From Cyanophora paradoxa CCMP329 (taxonomy: Eukaryota > Plantae > Glaucophyta): a stretch of 64,000 nt of DNA. The notes under the pieces were generated by a model, which was not told the DNA's origin, ran no database searches, and worked only from the letters and a program-made list of their open reading frames with translations. Position 1 is the stretch's first letter. Every line of letters starts with the position of its first letter. Location of the stretch: positions 62,001-126,000 of the forward strand of contig QPMI01000170.1 of assembly GCA_004431415.1 (NCBI GenBank), given 5' to 3'. This document shows, piece by piece, positions 59,994 to 64,000 of the stretch. The translations under genes were made by a program, and so were the position numbers.

Positions 59994-60298
59994 ATGTCGC
60001 ACACGCCGGCGTCGATAGGCTCGTCGGGGAGCGCCTTCACGTCGACGAGCGCCCGCAAACGGCACGAGGACCTGACCTTTCCCCTCAAGGACGAGATTGC
60101 CGCTGCTGAGGAGGCGGCTGTGCAGGCGCAGAAAGGCGCGTGGCCTGCCTGCACCGAGCGAGCGCTCGCTCTAGATCTGTTTTGAATCGCCCGTCAACAT
60201 TCGCAGAGTTCCTGGACGACGTCCTCAAGGACCTGCGAAAGATCGCGGCGGAGCTGGATGAGGACAAGTGGATGTACGAGGATCCGCTTCCCAGCTAA
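59994..60298 (+). CDS. SAMBA/APC16-like small anaphase-promoting-complex subunit
   Basis: Two exons: HEDLTFPLKDEI...Q/EFLDDVLKDLRKIAAELDEDKWMYEDP. Resembles plant SAMBA (DDFHFP...L.EDSWMFEGP) and APC16 (LEADEWRF), recalled from memory. Confidence 0.65.
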
Positions 60299-60463
60299 CG
60301 GCGCGGCCTGGCTCGGTCCTCGCTCATCCGTCGTCATCGTTGACAGAAGCGCCTGATCGGCCGATAAACACTAGCTCCAGCGCCGCGGCAAATCGGACCT
60401 CTGCGAGCCGCCTGCGCGGGGGAGCAGACCATCTGCCAGCCTCAGGAGGGGCCGGCGCGGGGC

Positions 60464-60750
60464 AGAGTTCAGGGTTACGATCGCTGTTACGATTGTGGTC
60501 TAGGTCAGGCTAGGTCAGGAGTTACGATAGCTAGCGCCAAGGATAGCAGAGTTACGATCGCTGTTTAGATAGCAGAGGTTACGATCGGGAAAATTACGAC
60601 TAGCTGCAGCCAAGGAGGGGGCCCCGGGGCGCCCGGAATTACGATTGTGGCATGGTCTAGATCTATGGGGCGCCCGGAATTACGATCGCGCGGGGTTAAG
60701 GACAGCTAGTTAAGATCGCTGCTCAGATAGCAGAGTTACGATCGTAATTC
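60464..60750. repeat. Cluster of about 10 degenerate [GA]TTACGAT motifs
   Basis: gttacgatcg and aattacgat recur throughout; an inverted copy lies at about 60940. Confidence 0.8.
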
Positions 60751-60774
60751 CGGCGCGGGGCATCGATATCGGCG

Positions 60775-60878
60775 TTGCTCTTCACACAGCAGCTATAGCC
60801 GAATCGAAGCTAAGCTACGTGCTGGTACCCGGGGGATGCCGGGCCCGTAGGGGGATAGTAGAGCAGTGCCAGGCTCCG
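60775..60878. repeat. Dispersed repeat family B, copy 3 (partial)
   Basis: gctacgtgctggtacccgggggatgccgggcccgtagggggatagtagagcagtgccaggctccg is identical to copy 1. Confidence 0.88.
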
Positions 60879-61121
60879 TAAGCTTATATAGCTTGTCTGG
60901 AGCTACTCTTCGGTGCTTCGGCTCCTTCTGCTTCTGGACGATCGTAATTCTAGACAGCGATCCGACGCCACGGGGACCAGAGCGCCATGCATGGCCACAG
61001 GCGAGCCGCCTCCTCAAGAAGCGTCTGGAGCCCCGCCCCCTGCAGCTGGAGCCCCGTCCGTTTAAGAAGTAACAGGCGTATGTGAAAAAGCTTCAATGAT
61101 ACTCTGCTGTGCGCGTGCGAT

Positions 61122-63002
61122 TCAGGGGGCGGCGGCGGGGTCGTGCTCGGCTTCTTTGGGGGGGTCGGGCCCTGAGGCGGGGGCCGGGGGCGAGGGCTCG
61201 CGCTTGACGGTGCACTTCTCCTGCTCCTGGCACCAGACGAGGGCGGCGAGGAGGTCGGGCCCGAAGGAGGTGAGCGCCGACGAGGCGGCCTGGCACGAGT
61301 GCACCACCGCGTTCACCAGGCGGCCCCGGTGCCGCGAGTCCACGGTGGTCAGGATGCGCACCTGCCGCGCGCCCAGTGGCCGGTGAGGGGCAAGGACGGC
61401 GAGGAAGAAGCGGGGGCGGACGAGGGCGGCGACGGTCTCGGGCCCGCAGCGGACGGGGAAGCCGGAGGAGAGGTGCTTGCGCACGATCCGCTCCAGCTCC
61501 TCCACCTGCCCCGGCCCCGCCCCTCAGCCTCCCCCCGCCCTCTCCTCGGCCTCGCGACGGCGCCGCGCACGTCCATGAGGCCGCGGCGCTGGTGGTGGTA
61601 GGCGTAGCGGAGGACGGTGGCCCCGAAGAGCTGCCCGCTCGCGTTCTGGATGTACGGGCTCCACACCCCCAGGATCTGCCCCGCCGCGCGCCCAGCCCCG
61701 TCAGGCGGGGGGCGGGGGGCGGGGCGGGGCGGCGGGCGCCTCGTGGGCCTCGTCGACGGTGAGGGGCGGGCAGGCGCGCTCCAGGCACGCCCCCTCCTCC
61801 GCCGAGCACCGCTCCATCAGCGCCAGCGCTGCCCCGCGCCCCCGTCGCCCCCGCCCCGCGCGGCGCGGGGCGGGGCGGGGGGCGGGGGGCGGGGCACCGA
61901 AGAGGGCGAGCTGGTTGGAGAGGCGGGAGAGGGAGACCTTGAAGGCGGTCCAGGTCTTCAGCAGCAGCGGCACCTGCGCCGCCGGCCCGCGCTCGGGGCC
62001 CCCGGCCGGCGCAAGAGGCGGGGGGGCGAGCGGGCCTCGATCCAGAGAAGGAGCTGCTGCTGGAACCAGGAGACGCCCGGGCAGAGGTTGTTCCCGCTCA
62101 CCAGCGACGCCTCGCTCACCCGCCCCAGCAGCACCCGCCGCGTCACCTGCCGCCCCTCACGCCCCCGCCCCCCGCCCCGCCCCGCCTCCCCGCGCACCTC
62201 GGCGCGGCCGAGGCGCTCGTTCTCCCTGAACTCCGTCTCGCAGAGGAGCTGCGGGGCCCCTGAGCACAAGGGCCGGCCGGCGGGGCCGGCGGGCGGGCGG
62301 GGCGGGGACCTGGGCCTCCCTGAGGTTCTGCTGGAGGGCCATGTCGAGGAGCTTGGCGAGGTTGCCCTCCGTGAAGATGTTCGACTCGGTGGCGTGCGTG
62401 AAGGCCGTGCAGTAGGCGAGCAGCTCCTCCCACGCCAGCGCCTCGGCCGCCTCCCGCATCGTCCCCATCGTCTCCCGCGCCACGAGCGAGATCGCGAAGC
62501 GCGTGCTCTCCCGCAGGCCCTCTTCCCACACCAGGAACGAGGAGACGCGATACAGGCTTGCCGCGGCCGCAAAGTCCCTCAGCGCGGACCCGAAGTCTCG
62601 CACGTACATCAGCCGCAGCGCCGCCCCGATCGCCTCCGCGCTCTCCCCTTCGATCGCTAGCCGCGCCTCGAAGCTCTGCCGCGCCGCGTGCGCGCATGAG
62701 CGTGCGGACGCCGTGGCGCGGCGGTTACGCACTGTGGCTCCCGGCGCCCACCGCTCGCTGGGCGTGCGGTCAGCGAGGCTTACAAGCGCACCTGCATGCG
62801 TCAAATTCAATCACCTAAATAGAGTCTTCCAATACGTTGCGGCCTCCAAAATCAAGCGGTGTAGCTGCAGCTTCTTCGAATTCGTCTTCTCGTCGTCCTC
62901 GACAACCACGACGACGTCCGAGTACTTTCCAGTGGTCCAGAGAAGCTCGCCAAGCGAGCATGGCCCGCCGGCGCTGCAGCCCCTCTCGGCACTGCCCGTC
63001 AT
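61122..63002 (-). CDS. BTB/POZ-domain protein
   Basis: TGKYSDVVVVVED...LQLHRLILEAATYWKTLF and SAEAIGAALRLMY. Confidence 0.8.
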
Positions 63003-63269
63003 CTGGCCCACAGCACCTAGCAGCCTCGACCAGGCTGCTAACGTTCTCTGCAATCTGGGCTGCAGTTCATCTCAAGCTCGCTCGGTCCGTGACTCCACTA
63101 GCAGTCGGTTCCTGTCAGCGGCAGTCAGCCACTGTCAGGGGTATGCTATAGCTAAACTTTGGCGCCGGGCAGCGCCGTGGCCGGAGCTCCGAGCTTAGAG
63201 AAGCATTCTCAAAGCTTCGAGTCCTAAGATACACGGTAGATCGCGTCGGAGGGGCGTCCGTCGCGCTCG

Positions 63270-64000
63270 ATGCGCGCCAGCACCCGCCCGCGCCGGGCAG
63301 CTGGCCTGGCCGTCCTCCTAGGCCTGCTGTTCGAAGCGCTCGTATGGGCGGAGGCACGGTCAGCTAGCGCTGCAAGCAAGGCCGGATCGAGCATCGTCCA
63401 TGTGACCGACTGGCAGTTCCTTGGCCCTTTTCCAATCGGCAAAGGCGAGTGGGATGCCGAGCCGCCGGCGGCGGACGTCGACGGCGCAGGAGCCACGTAC
63501 GCGTCCGAATTCGTGGCAGGTGAGCGCCTTTCGATTGACCGCGCGCGTCAGCGCTTGCTGAGCTGCGTAAGGCGGGACAATCAGCAGCTGGCGCCGAGCG
63601 CGGGCGAACGCCGAGGGGATGGTCGTCATCGGCTTCGACGACGTGAACTGGAACGAGCTCCTGCAGTCGCTCACGAGCTACGAGCTCCTGGAGTGGCAGG
63701 CCTGGGCCGTCGGGACTTTCAGGTCAGCCGCCCGCGCGCGCGGCCGGCCGTCTCCCCCCCCCCCCCCCCCCCCCCCCCCCGATCCTTGTGCGATGCGGGG
63801 CTGGCGCGGGCAGCGTTCCGCGGGACTCGACGGGGCTGGTGCGGTGCAGCGGGGTGCCGAGCTTCACGGTGGACGGGGGCGAGGACGCGCTCCCCGGGAC
63901 CTCTACCACAAGGGCGAGCTCGGCACCGCCCTCCGCCTCGCCCGCGGCGAGCACCGCATCCGCATCCGCCTCCGCGCCAAGGCCAGCCCCGCCGCCGCCC
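63270..64000 (+). CDS. Secreted protein, N-terminus similar to fungal secreted S9-peptidase-like alpha/beta hydrolases (runs off the window end)
   Basis: Signal LAVLLGLLFEAL, then WQFLGPFPIGKGEWDAEP, IGFDDVNWNELL and LEWQAWAVGTF. The catalytic domain is not in the window. Confidence 0.55.
   Translation, partial: MRASTRPRRAAGLAVLLGLLFEALVWAEARSASAASKAGSSIVHVTDWQFLGPFPIGKGEWDAEPPAADVDGAGATYASEFVAGERLSIDRARQRLLSCVRRDNQQLAPSAGERRGDGRHRLRRRELERAPAVAHELRAPGVAGLGRRDFQVSRPRARPAVSPPPPPPPPRSLCDAGLARAAFRGTRRGWCGAAGCRASRWTGARTRSPGPLPQGRARHRPPPRPRRAPHPHPPPRQGQPRRR

Overview
GC-rich, gene-dense eukaryotic nuclear DNA with many short introns (about 50-80 nt, C-rich, mostly GT-AG but often GC-AG). Most long ORFs in the track are therefore partial exons or shadow frames. 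The host is probably a glaucophyte alga (Cyanophora-like). This is an inference from M(S/A)(A)F-type plastid transit peptides, a cyanobacterial DUF3285 gene, an LCIB homologue and a plastid FBPase. About 25 genes were reconstructed by eye; starts and exon boundaries are approximate. Main findings: (1) An LCIB/theta-carbonic anhydrase gene sits next to a plastid-targeted, disordered repeat protein. They share a Y-S-I-A-[SA]-[PK]-P-A-G motif, a short alanine-rich helix and an intron position inside the motif, which suggests a pyrenoid/carboxysome-like linker plus client system. (2) Non-coding DNA shows a pervasive 6-bp inverted-triplication mutation signature (X to X-X'-X). (3) A NIN-like RWP-RK/PB1 factor carries an inserted cyclic-nucleotide-binding domain. 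(4) A TGTTG...CAACA terminal-inverted-repeat element carries a zinc-finger gene and a 368-bp near-perfect hairpin. (5) There is a near-identical 2.87-kb tandem duplication.
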